Shown: positions 13,027-25,000 of the stretch, one piece after another
Numbering within the stretch: position 1 is the first letter of the stretch
Layout: each line of letters starts with the position of its first letter
From: Dipteris shenzhenensis
Taxonomy: Eukaryota
Length of the DNA stretch: 64,000 bases
Assembly: GCA_047967505.1 (NCBI GenBank)
Contig: CM106538.1
Direction: 5' to 3' (one strand)
Notes under the pieces: model-generated
Seen by the model: only the letters and a program-made list of their open reading frames with translations
Database searches by the model: none
Told to the model about the DNA's origin: nothing
Position numbers and translations under genes: made by a program

Positions 13027-13385
13027 TGGATTCTTCAATTTGACGGAGCATAAAAACCTTCAACCAAGGCTGTTGGTGTGGGTGTGAAGCTCACTTCACC
13101 AAGCGGTGAGGTGTATTGTTATAGCAAGTCTGCACTTGCAAGTACTTGCAACCAAGCTGAGTACTTGGCACTCATTTTTTGGCTACAAAAGGCGCAAGAA
13201 CATCACATCAAGCAACTTGAGGTGCAAGGAGATTCTCAGCTCGTGTCTGAACAAGTTAGTGGAAGGTGCAGAGCAAAGGCTTGATTCCATGACATCAACA
13301 AGCATTGGAACTTTGCCAAAAATTTGACGAGGTAGAAATTCAACATATCCCTTGAGCTCAAAATTTAGTTGCTGATTTCTTAGCA
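13027..13385 (+). pseudogene. Archaeal/plant-type RNase HI (aRH) domain upstream of gag
   Basis: WILQFDGA*KP..GVGVKLTSPSG..TCNQAEYLAL..LEVQGDSQLV..QVSG, then after a frameshift QHIP*AQNLVADFLA. All four catalytic motifs of RNase HI are recognisable. Confidence 0.88.
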
Positions 13386-13949
13386 TGTGAAGCTTGTACT
13401 TCAATCACGCATGAAACGAGTGGAAGCACTGCCCCAACAAAGCCGCAAGCCACAAATGAGGGTGATCATTTGTAAAGAAAGCAAAGGTTATGGTCATCAT
13501 GAAACTCAGTGTTGTGCATATTTGATACGAGTTTACCGACTTTGGAACATCATCAGAAAGGTTCTTAAGGACATTGTTCAAAAGAAGGATGCCAAACCGC
13601 ACACCCCTTGAAGAAATAGCATGGCGACTACAAGAACTGGAAGAAGCTAAAGGTGATGTGCAAGCTCTCCAACTGTTGACATTTGTCATGGCATTCTTGT
13701 TCACCTTGATGAACAACCTCATGCAACGCCATGTCTCTAACCCTCACTTGTAAAGATGGATGCAATATCATGAGGGTTGGTCCTTTTAAAATTATTTATG
13801 AGCTATTCTATGCTGAGGGATTCTTCCCGTATAGTATTTCACAATACACCAGTCACACTCTACCCTGCCTATGTGTGCTTTGTGGATGTATCTTCACCTG
13901 ATTTTCAGTTTAAGCTACCTCTTTCCATTGTTTGCCAATAGATAAGCCT

Positions 13950-14920
13950 CATTTCGTCTCTCTCTTTTTAATTTTCCAAGCATGGCTGACATTCCCATGT
14001 TGTGTGGTCAAGTTGAGGAAAATCCAAATGAGTATCTTGTGGCCTTCAAGTGCCGTTGTGTTTCTCTCAACTTTCTTACTAAAGATAGATGGTTGTTGGT
14101 TCTTCCCACATTTCTATAGGGTTTGGCTCAAGTGTGGTACGAGAAGCAGGCCAAAGACATTCGCCAAAGTTGGCTGAGGTTAACATTAGCTATGATCGAG
14201 TATTTTGGCAAAGAAGAGGAGCTTGAGAATGTGTACCTGTAGGTGGCAAACCTGAAGCAGTCAGAAGGTGAGACGACGCGTCGACATGTGGATCGAGCGG
14301 CCATGCTCCTAGACCGTTTAATTGCCATGTAGGAGGACAACGCTAGATTTTGAGCTAGAATGAGTCAGCATGTGCTGGACTACCTTGTAGTAGGAGCAAG
14401 TGATGAATTTTTCCTCAAGCTTAAATGGGAGAATCCAGAAACCATGGTGCTAGCACATGAGATTTCTCAAAAGTTTGATAAACTTCAATCTGACCCCACT
14501 TCAAAGAAGACGGTTGTCCCTCCGCAACCCCCTCAATTCATGCAACAACAACCTAGGGGGTCCAACTCAGAGGCATACCCCCACCCCCCATCAGGGATGT
14601 ATTCACCGCCTTCACCTCAAATGTATGGTCCTCCCTTAGATGCTTACCCTCAACAAGGAGTATAGCCTCAACCTCCGCCTGGAAGATTTTCCCAGCCTTG
14701 CCCATGAGCCCCCCTCTTCCTACTCCCCCGGCCCCTCCTACTAAAGAACCCAGGGTCAATGACCTAGCTAAGGCCCTGAATGTTGTTCAGCTTGAGATGG
14801 TGGGCATCAGAAATCAAGCCAATCGCCCTCCAAGAGAATGTGCCAATGTTGTATGCTACGAGTGCCACCAAAAGGGTCACCATCGCACCGATTGTCCTAA
14901 TATTCCAAGGGTGAATCTTC
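13950..14920 (+). pseudogene. gag: gag with Pro/Gln-rich tract and CCHC zinc knuckle
   Basis: CYECHQKGHHRTDCP in ORF 14698-15066. Upstream fragments are broken by stops. Start is approximate. Confidence 0.8.
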
Positions 14921-15279
14921 TAAGTGAATCAGGCATCGAGGATTTTGACGTAGAGGTCCTTGACCTCAGGAAGAGAAGTCATACTGCCTTGGACCCCTCT
15001 CCAAAACGTGGACTAACTAGGCCACCCCAGGAAGAAGGTGTCCTTCTCAGAGCCCTTAGATGCTGAGATGGCAAACCCACTAATAGAGAAAACTAAAAGA
15101 TCTCGTAGGAGTAAGTGGTCGCCCTTGGATTTTCCTCTCGGCTCAGGGCAAGAAGACTATTCGTTGTTCAAAACCTTGCTCATCGATCTTTAAGCATCAT
15201 GCTTCCTCAACTAATAACATTAAGCCCTAAGGTGAGACATGAGATGTAGCAAGGGCTCTCAACAAGGAAGAGCAAGAAA

Positions 15280-18200
15280 AAGGGAAAGGTACAAGAGATT
15301 TCTTTTATCTCTGAAGAAGTTGATTGGCACCTGCATATAGTAGATGTCATCATAGATAATTGCCATATCAAAAGTGTGTGTGTTGATGGGGGAGCTGCAT
15401 GTAATATCATGGTGCCCCGTATCATGAAGAAGTTGAATTTGAAATGCACCAGGCATTCCTCCACTCGAATTAAGGTAGTAGATGGTCGACGGCTCACCAC
15501 CCTGGGAGTAATTGAGGATTTGCCCATCACTGTCAATGGGTTGACCACCATTGTCAATTTCTATGTAGTGGACATTAAAGATACAGGCAAGAGTTACCCA
15601 GCCATACTCGGGAGACTGTGGTTGAGAAAGAGTGATGGAGTCAGCTATTGGAAGATAGGACACATGTCTTTTGGTGCTTCAAAGAAGAAGATCCCGGTGC
15701 AACTAGGTGCCATTGAACCAAAAGAAGGAAAGGAGAAATACAGTGATACTCTCTCATCCTCAGTGTCTGAGTCAATGGAAGATTCAGATGGTGGGGAGGA
15801 GTTCTCAGAGGAAGAATTTTACATGATGGGGGTGTCTCTGATCCCACCACTCATAGAAAAGGTAACAGCTAGTTCTCAACAGCTTGAATCTATGCTTTCC
15901 CTTGACCTCACTTTGAGTGAGAAAGATGAGTTCCTAGAAATGTTCAAAGATTTCCCTGACCTCTTCGCAACTAGCTACCACCACCTTTGCCATGTGACTG
16001 CCATAGAGCACAAGATAGAGCTGAAGCCTGATGCTAAGCTAGTGGCTCAGAAGTATCGAAGATTAGGGCCCCTATAGACCAATGCTTTGCACTTAGAGTT
16101 GCAGAAGCTTGTAGAAGCTGGGTTTATTGTTCCGGTTCACAATACTGAATGGGTTTCACCACTGGTAGTCACCCCAAAGAAAATCAAGTGGTGGGTCTGA
16201 TCGATTATAAGAAACTCAATGTGGCCACCAAGAGGGACCATCATCCTCTGCCCTTTCAAGACCTCATTCTTGAGAAGGTAAGTGGTCATGAGATGTATAC
16301 TTTCTATGATGGTTACTCCCGGTTTTATCAAATCAGAATTGCCAAGGAGGATGTGCTTAAAACCACATTTGCCATACCCTGGGGGATGTTTGCATTCAAA
16401 GTAATGCCATTTGGCCTCACCAATGCTCCTGTTACCTTTCAAAGATTTATGTAGATGGTGTTTGCTCCTTATTTGGGGGTTTTCGTGGAGGTGTTTTTAG
16501 ATGATTTATGTATATTGTCGGCATGTAAGGAGCACGTCATGAAGGTTAGGTTGGCTTCTAAAGGGTCAATGATGCGAATGGCAGCTTCAACCCTGATAAA
16601 TGCACCATTGGAGCCACTCAAGGGAGGTTATTAGGGCATATTGTCTCATATGAGGGTGTCAAGCCTGACCCCGAGAAGGTAGAAGTTATCCTCAAGTTCT
16701 CCCCACCAACAACCAAATGTCAGGTACACTCATTTATCAATCTAGCAGGGTACTATTATCGCTTCATTGATCAATATGCTGCTTTGATGCGACCCATGAC
16801 CACTTTATTAAAAGATGGGGTTGATTTCTCTTGGGATGAGGATTGTGATCATGGGTTTGTACCAATCAAAAGTGCTCTGGCTTCAGAACCCATTCTGTGC
16901 AATCCTGATTGGTCAAAGACTTTCTATATCAATCTTGGGTTTGGTGAGCACACTCTGGCAGGTATTCTTCTCTAGCAAGGGGAGGATCGGTTCATGTATC
17001 CCATTCGATTTGCTTCTCAACAATTGCTCCAAACTAAACGATGCTACTCTGAAGCTGACAAACATGCCTTGTCTTTGGTGTTCTGCATTGAGAAATTTAA
17101 GCATTATGTGGATGGAAAGTCCTTCATCATAATCTCTAGCAATTGTCTTACAAAGCAGGTTCTTCAATCACCAAGTCTCATGGGCCAGTTGGCCAAATGG
17201 TTGGCAATTCTGCAAGAATATGATTTTTCTTTCAAAATTGTAAAGGGGAGTTGTTCCAACTTGAAGAATGCTTTGATTGATTTAGAGGAGTGCCTCGATG
17301 TAACCCTTGTCGATGTAACCCTTGTAGTGGCCATAGAAGTTCGGGATCCATAGTATGGTGGTATCTATAGATTTTTGACTACTTTCTCCTTTCCTCTAGA
17401 AAGTACTAGCTATGAGAGAAAGAAGATCCACAGAAATAGTAGGCGCTACACTCTCTTCGATGGGGTGTTGTACCGTCAAGGCATGGATGGGGTACTAAGA
17501 TGGGCCATTGATGCAAATAAAGTACCTAAGGTATTGAAGCATTATCATAATGGATTTTGTGGAGGCCACTATGTCGGTGACTATACAGCTAAGAAGATTT
17601 TACATGTTGGATACTATTGGCCGACCTTGTTCAAGGATGTCACTATGTATTGCAAAACTTGTGAACCATGCCAATTCTTTGGTAGGAAGGATTTGCGTCC
17701 TAGATAGCATCACCTAGTGATGTCCATCCATCCATTTCAGAAGTGGGGAATAGATTTTGTTGGGCCCCTGCCCATGACTGCCCGCAAAAAGAAGTATCTT
17801 CTGGTAGCCACTCAGTATGTCACTAAGTGGGCTGAAGCTATTACCCTCCCCATTGCAAATGGTAAGGTAGTTTCAAATTTCATATTTGAACTTATTTGCA
17901 CAAGGTTTGGGACACCCATGGAAATAGTATCTGACCATGGGAGTCCATTCTTAAATGAAGCAGTGGAGTTGCTAATGGATCACATGGGTATATATCATCA
18001 CACTTCTAGCATCTATTAGCCAGCATCCATGGGACAAACGGAGCAGACCAATGGCCTCCTTTGTAAATCCATGGGAATAATGGCCACAGGGAATAGCAGT
18101 GGGATCAGAAGGTCACTGAAGCCATGTGGGCTTACAACATCACCCATAAAACGTCTATAGGTCACACTCCTTTTGAGTTGGTGTATGGTATTGAGGCAAT

Positions 18201-18610
18201 TTTACCACTAGAGATAGAGATTTTGGCCTTGAGATTGGCACAAGAACAAAGGATGACAAAAGATGAACATGTAGAGGCCAGGTTGGTACAACTTGAGAAG
18301 CTAGATGAAACCTGACACCTTGCACTCCATCAAACAGAGATCCAAAAGAACCGACAAAAGGCCCGCTTGGATGCTAAGATTCACAAGGGATGGGAAAGAC
18401 ACTTTGCTGAGGGGGATGGTGTGCTATGCTTTGATAACAAATTGGACCACCAAATGGATAAAAAGTTCCTTACATTGTGGACCGGTCCATACAAAGTCAT
18501 CAAGGAACGTAGCAATGGGTATGTACAAGTATAGGAGCTGCATGAGCCATATGGCAAGAAGGTGATCAACAAGTGTTATCTCAAGCCCTTCTTTGTTCAT
18601 GATGGTCCCA
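15280..18610 (+). pseudogene. pol: gypsy pol: protease, RT, RNase H, integrase (disrupted)
   Basis: CVDGGAACNIM (PR); DYKKLNVATKRDHHPLP, DGYSRFYQI, MPFGLTNAP, VFLDD (RT); PIRFAS, LAKWLAILQEYDF (RH); H..GGH..CKTCEPCQ, PFQKWGIDFVGP, IVSDHG, WTGPY (INT). Confidence 0.95.
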
Positions 18611-18652
18611 AGCATGGAAATGCTATGCATTCCCTGCCTTGGGGGGGGGGAC

Positions 18653-19654
18653 TATTATGGATAAATTTGACCAAGGTAAAAGGCATAAATATATGTGTGT
18701 ACTTGTACGTGTGGCAATAGTATAATACAATATGGTGTGCATAGGGCCCAGGGTTGAGGTGGCAGGGCATGACCATGTGCCACCCTTCCACATAAGAGGA
18801 CTTATAAGGTGTATTGTACATAATCCATGGTAGTAGTATTATAACATGTTAAGGTGGCATGGTTCCTCCATGTGACACCCCTCCACCTATGTAGTCCCAT
18901 GCCTGCATTTAGTGAGACATAGCTCAAGGACCATGGGAGAAGTAATATAAAATAGGTGGAGATGGATATTATATTGGATTATTGCCTCCATGTAGGATAG
19001 GCCCATGTGGGGAGGGTATAGATAGTCCAAGAGTGCAAGTTAAATAATGGGGAAAGTAGGATGAGGTGGCAAGACTCCTTGTGCCAACCCTCCACTTGTC
19101 CTTCTAGATGTTTGAACATATTATAAAATTGGGGAGAGACCAAGGGAGTATCTTAGACTTGGGATATGGGGTTTGATTTATGTGAAAAAATGAGGCAAAG
19201 GATTTTCACACACAATTGAGAGTGCGTACCCACCTAACCCACACGGGAGACTCTTCCACATACACCATGCATGTGGGAGGATGCATTTATTGGGAGAGAC
19301 CCCCTCTCTTGGCTATAAAAGGAGGGGGCTATTCCTTGATGGAACACGCTCATTCTTGTAAAGCCACCTAGCTAGTACTTTGATTTCCTCCCATCCTTCC
19401 TTTCAAATAAAGCATGACTCTCTGCCCTTGATGTCTCCTTCTCTACATTCCACCTCCCATCATGTACATGCTCCTCTTCCCCCTCTTCCTTACCCCTTGT
19501 GCCATAGTCCCCCCTCTTCATTCCCACCCCTCTTAATCCCTTTTCCCCACCTATGTTAATGCTTCTCCCCTCATGTTCTCTTTTTCTCTATGGCCCTCGA
19601 GTGTCGCCATGCCTCGCATCTAGCATCATGCCTCGAATTATTTTCTAGTTAATA
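18653..19654 (+). repeat. 3' LTR of the gypsy element (~1.0 kb)
   Basis: Starts TATTA 2 nt after the G10 PPT and ends TAATA (inverted termini). Confidence 0.85.
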
Positions 19655-19879
19655 GTACTCTCATCTAGTAAGAGCTATTAAGTTCCAGACGCACCCTGTG
19701 CCACAACGAAAGAAGGGCAAGGGTGTCTTCAAATTGGACTTAGACACGCATAAGCACATCTTGGGGTGTCTTGGAGTGGTGGACAAGGATGACTAAGATA
19801 GTACTAAGAAAATCTATGTAGTCTCATCGTAAGAAAACAATATGTCCACTTGTCCTACAAAATGGAGTTTGTATTTGAG

Positions 19880-21330
19880 ATTGCTTCCTTTTAGTATATC
19901 CCAAACAACCACCATGCTAGTTTCATTAAATTTTTTTTGTAAATCCCAAACGGTAAATCCCATGCTTATTTTTAGTATATCCCAACAACCACCGTGCTGG
20001 TTTCCCATAACAAATCCACACATCCTACAAATCCATTTATCTTGTAATAATAGAAGCAAACCACCATGCTGGTGGCTGTTAATATCCCAATGCAAACTAA
20101 CCACCACATTGGCGATAACTTATCCTGCACTAATCCTGCACTACTACCATGCTATCCCTATACTACTACCATGCTATCCTAAAATTCATTGCACAATGCT
20201 ATTCTAAAATAGTGCCCTTTAGACTGTTTATCGTTTTGTTAACTGTCAGATTTCATCCCATGCTTGCTTTTAGTATATCCCAACAACCACCAAGCTAGTT
20301 TCCCATAATGAGTCCACACATCCTGGCAAATCCATTCATGTTGTAATAATAGAAGCAAACCACTGCACTGGTGGTTGTTCATATCCTAGTGCAACCAACC
20401 ACCACGTTGGTGATAGCTTATCTTGTACTACTACTGTGCTATCCCTACACTACTATCATGATATCCTAAAATTTGTTGCACAGTGCTAGTGCCCTTTTGA
20501 TTGGTTATCATTAACCGTCATATTTTAACCACTGGGCTACTTAAAACATTTAAGTACTAACATGGAAGCAGGTTGATACAAAATTAGGTATTATGAGCAC
20601 TAGGGTCAACATTAGCTTGGGTGTAGCCAATCACAGAACTATTTTCGAGGCCATTTTGGGGCCACGACACGATGTGCTTCTGGGTGAATATTTGAATTTT
20701 GCGTAGACCCATGCTCTCGTTGAAAATTTTCTCGACATCATGAAGGTGCACTGGCGTAATATTGAAACGCAATCTATTTATTCAGAACACCACGTAGCTC
20801 GACACATGGCATCTTTGCACTACTTCGCGCAGTGCAGTCTCTGGCCTACACCGCCTAATCACTTATTATCGTGCAGCCTTTTGTTGTAGCTTTGCTACCT
20901 CTCATTGGGAACGCACCCATGTAGATCATTAAAATTGAAGGTTGGCTTAGAGAGACCGCCGTGCTAGTTCTTGCCTTAATAATTATACACAATCTATCAT
21001 TCTGAATACCGCAACCACAGCACAGTCTCTAGCCTGACCACGTGTCATCATGCAACCTTTTGCCACTTCCTTGCCCACATCCCATGCAAATCATAGGTTA
21101 GCTTAGAGAGACCACCGCGCTGGTTTTTGGCATAATAATGAGACGCCATCTATCATTTTGAGCATTGCCTCAGCGCAGTCTCTGGCGAGACCATCTATCA
21201 TCGCCTAGAATTCAAGGTTGTCTTGGAGAGACCACCGTGCTGGTTCTTGGAGTTATAGCTCCGTTACCTATTTTTATGTATTACGGGAGGAGATTTCTGA
21301 AAGCCACCGTGCTGGTTCTTGGAGTTATAT
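19880..21330. repeat. Degenerate tandem repeats (~300-bp pair, then ~150-220-bp units) rich in ACCAC..TGGT palindromic motifs
   Basis: 19957-20255 is similar to 20256-20520. GAGACCACCGTGCTGGTTCTTG variants occur at ~20952, 21108, 21228 and 21303. 20987-21100 matches the reverse complement of ~57620-57735. Confidence 0.8.
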
Positions 21331-22088
21331 ATTTGTGTACCAAGGAAAATGTATTCTGTTGTGCAACCAAGCAAAATGCAATTGATGATATGGCCTTTGA
21401 GGGGTCCCCTTTGAGGCCAAGGGCCATATCTACGTGCATTATACAATATCCAAGATGCCACTGGATAGAAATGGCATGTCAATATGGCCCTTGCGCGTAA
21501 ATGGAAGCCATATCATCAATTGCACTTTTGAAAAGTTTAATTGTATTTTCTAGATGTATCTCCATGCAACCACAATGGTGGGGTTGTTGGAGTTATTTTA
21601 GCGCTATTTTGGTCATAAACCAAGGAAATTGTAGTCCTTCTTTCTTGATATTTATTCCTTGTTGCAGTAAATATAAATGATGAAAAAAGTACAGTTTATC
21701 GAGTAAAAATTGAGCAAAAGAGTTTACAATGCACATTTATGTCCAATAATAGGTTATATAAAAATTATCAACTTATACCGAGCAAAAATTGAACAGAGGA
21801 TCTTACATTTATAAAAACTCAGCAATTGCTGAGAGCTTTAAACAAAAGATTATAGGTAGCGGCCATAACCATTCAAATACAAATATAAAAGTTAACAATA
21901 GTGCAGGATTAGAGCCTCAAATTGAACAAAAGGAGATCACATAACTGCCTTAGTCTCTTAGAGACCAAAACATTACATTCAATGAGGAATTTGTACAACT
22001 CAGTTTTTAGCCAGTCTAGCTTGTGGGAGCCAAAGGAGGATACGATGGAGAGGCTGAAGACCATGCACATTGCCAGGACTCAATTAAT

Positions 22089-25000
22089 TGTGGGGGTTAA
22101 AGGTCACTGTGCCTTAACCCCGGTTATGTACAATACTCAAACACATATATAAATGAATGAAAAAGAAGATTAGGGTGGTTCTGCACCCACCAAAACTTGT
22201 GTGGCTCTCTGTCTCTCTCTCTCTCTCGCTCTCTCTCCCTCTTCTGTTCTTGCTTCCGTTGAGAGCACTCTCAACTGGTATCAGAGCCCGAGTGATCTAG
22301 CTGAGCGTGCGTGAATGCTTGAAGCTCAGCAGCTCTGTGGGAGGAAGGAGAAGCTTTGTGGGAAGCTTTGTGGGTGACTTTACTTGCATCCGAGTGTGCA
22401 GAGACCTTGGAGGAACCTTTGGAAAAGTCACTTTGGCTTTACGAAGTGGTTTTGAGAGCCTGTTAAGAGCTTTCAAAGAAAAAGTCGTTTTTTGAGCTTT
22501 TCCCTGTTCCGTTCGATGACAGAGACTCCATATTGACTTGTAGAGGCAACTATTGCTTGCTTTTGGTGTCCACTTCACTTCAGGAGCTTGGAAACACCTT
22601 CATTCTTGAATCTGGGATCATTTCAGTGGATTTCTGACTCACTGTGTTAGTTCCTACGTTTTTTTCCCGGGTGTTGGAACTCAAGTTTGGAGCAACCATT
22701 TGCAGATCTGTCAGTTCCGGTGGACTCAGGAGGTCCTAAAACTTCTATGTTGCTCATCATTCGCACACCGGTGGAGTTTACAGATAGCTCTGTTTCCAAA
22801 AACGTTTTTCAGTCCGGGTGTTGGACCCAGTGATTGAGACCACGGTTTCCAAAACCGTCTGTCCCATTGCGTTCCGGACGCCCAAAAACCCCTACCTATC
22901 AGTTCTTGCGTGATTCGGTGGAGAATTTTCAGAGTTATAAATCTCTGTGTATTTGATTTCGTCTCTCTGTTATGCATTTTTCATGCTAAGGTTTTGAAAC
23001 CTTAGATTTATGCCACATGGCAGTGGATAAGTGTTGACTCCCATTTCTCATTCATCGGTTGGGATTTTGGAGTTCTGGCAGAAGAGAGATATTTGCAGAT
23101 TTTCTTGCTGAGTCCAATTATGCAATGGCGCCCATGTTTTGAAGCATCTTAGGTTCTATTTTCAGTAGCGCTCATTACCGTGGGACTACGATTTCTTGAG
23201 CATACCTTATGCAGATCACTCTGGTTGCAGTTTGAGCAGTGTGCGCTCATTCGTGGTGTGCATTGGGTTGCAGTGGATGATTTATAGGCCATTTGGATGC
23301 ATTGTGGTCCTTGTTGGATGCGCTGATAGGCCCAAATTGCCTTGTGGGATGCTATTTTTTATGGACGCTTTGCACATGGATGCTATTTTAAGCTGAGGGA
23401 CAGCTTTGACACATTGCAGGTGATGCACTGATAGTGCTATGCTCTCTTGGATGAGACATTATTGATGCATATGCCAGTGGACAGTGTTTATGCTTGAGTC
23501 ATTTGGCACTTATTGGCATTTTCTTTTGGGCCAGATTTGCTCATATGGATGCATAGTATATGCACATGAGTCAGATGCATCTTTTGATGCTTTGAGCTTT
23601 GAGCTTTGGTGATATTTCAGTCTATTGTGGCATACACATTTGGTGCACCTAGTATTTGGTGTGATTCTCTCTTGCAGGTACTAGCATTTGGGATTTTGCT
23701 TTATTTGCATCATGGCATCCTCTTCCATGCCTGAAAAGGAGTTTTTCAGCATTAAAAAGTTTGATGGGACAAACTTTTCTTTGTGGAAAGAACAAATAAG
23801 GGATGTGCTTATTCAAAAGAAGCAGATTAAACCCTTGGCAGGGATTGAAGCTAAGCCTGCAAATATGTTTGAGGATGATTGGAATGAGTTGGATGCATTA
23901 GCAAAGTCTACTATTAGACTTCATCTTGCAAAGTCAGTTTATTTCACTGTAGTAAATGAGCAGACTACTGAAGATTTGTGGAAGAAACTGTGTGCCATTT
24001 ATGAGAAGGAAACTGCCTCTAATAAAGTTTACCTCATGAAGAGGTTGTTTGAGCTGCAGATGAAGGAAGGGGTCTCCATTGCTTCTCATTTGAATGAATT
24101 CAATATTATTTTCAGCCAGCTTCAGGCTTTGAAAATGAATTTTGATGCGGAGACTAAGGCAATATTTCTCTTATGTTCATTGCCATCCTCATGGGATACC
24201 TTCCGTATAGCTGTTAGTAACTCTGCACCTGGTGGAGTACTGAAATTTGATGATGTTGTGGGTAGCTTGTTGGCCGAGGAGATTAGACGGAAGTCTATGG
24301 ATGGCAACAAGCAGGATGCAGCCTTAAATGTGCAAAGGGGCAGATCACAGTTCAGGGGGAAGTCCCAAGAAAGAGGGAAGTCACGTAGCAAATCTAGGGC
24401 ACAGAACATTGAGTGTTACCATTGTGGCAAGAAGGGCCATATGAAAAAGGATTGCTACAAGCTGAAAAGAGAGCAAAAGGATAAGAAAAAGAATGCAAAT
24501 TGGGGTGCAAATCAAAAGGAAGAGAGTCCAAGGGAGGACAAAGGAAAAGTGAGGATCGAGGAGATCAATGCAGTCACACATGATAGTGACAATGATGTTC
24601 TCTTCATGTCTAGTTTATCTACAGAGTTGCTTACCACTTCAGATGATGCATATTCCCAGGATTGGATTTTGGATTCTGGTGCTTCATTCCATGTTACTCC
24701 CCATAGGGAATGGTTCTCCACTTATGACAGTGGAAAGACAGGTTGTGTGCATCTTGGAAATGACTATGCATGTGACATAGTGGGAGTAGGTGACATAAAG
24801 TTTTCTTTTGCAAATGGGTCTGCATTTGTTTTGAAACATGTGAGACATGTGCCTAAGCTGACCAAGAGTCTTATTTCAGTGGGTCAGCTAGATGATGCTG
24901 GTTTTCACACCACTTTTGGCTTTCAAAGTTGGAAAATTCAAAAGGGCTCTATGCTTTTGGCTAGGGGTGCCAAGTGTGGGACTTTGTATCCCTTACATGT

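Larger units (their letters stand above)
11086..19654 (+). mobile_element. Near-complete, inactive non-chromovirus (Athila/Tat-related) Ty3/gypsy retrotransposon
   Basis: 5' LTR remnant 11086-11714 matches 19023-19654 of the 3' LTR. PBS, G10 PPT at 18641-18650, and gag-PR-RT-RH-INT order with many stops and frameshifts. Confidence 0.95.

Noticed and set aside
17296-17325. 15-bp tandem duplication in gypsy pol
   Set aside because: Ordinary slippage in a dead element.
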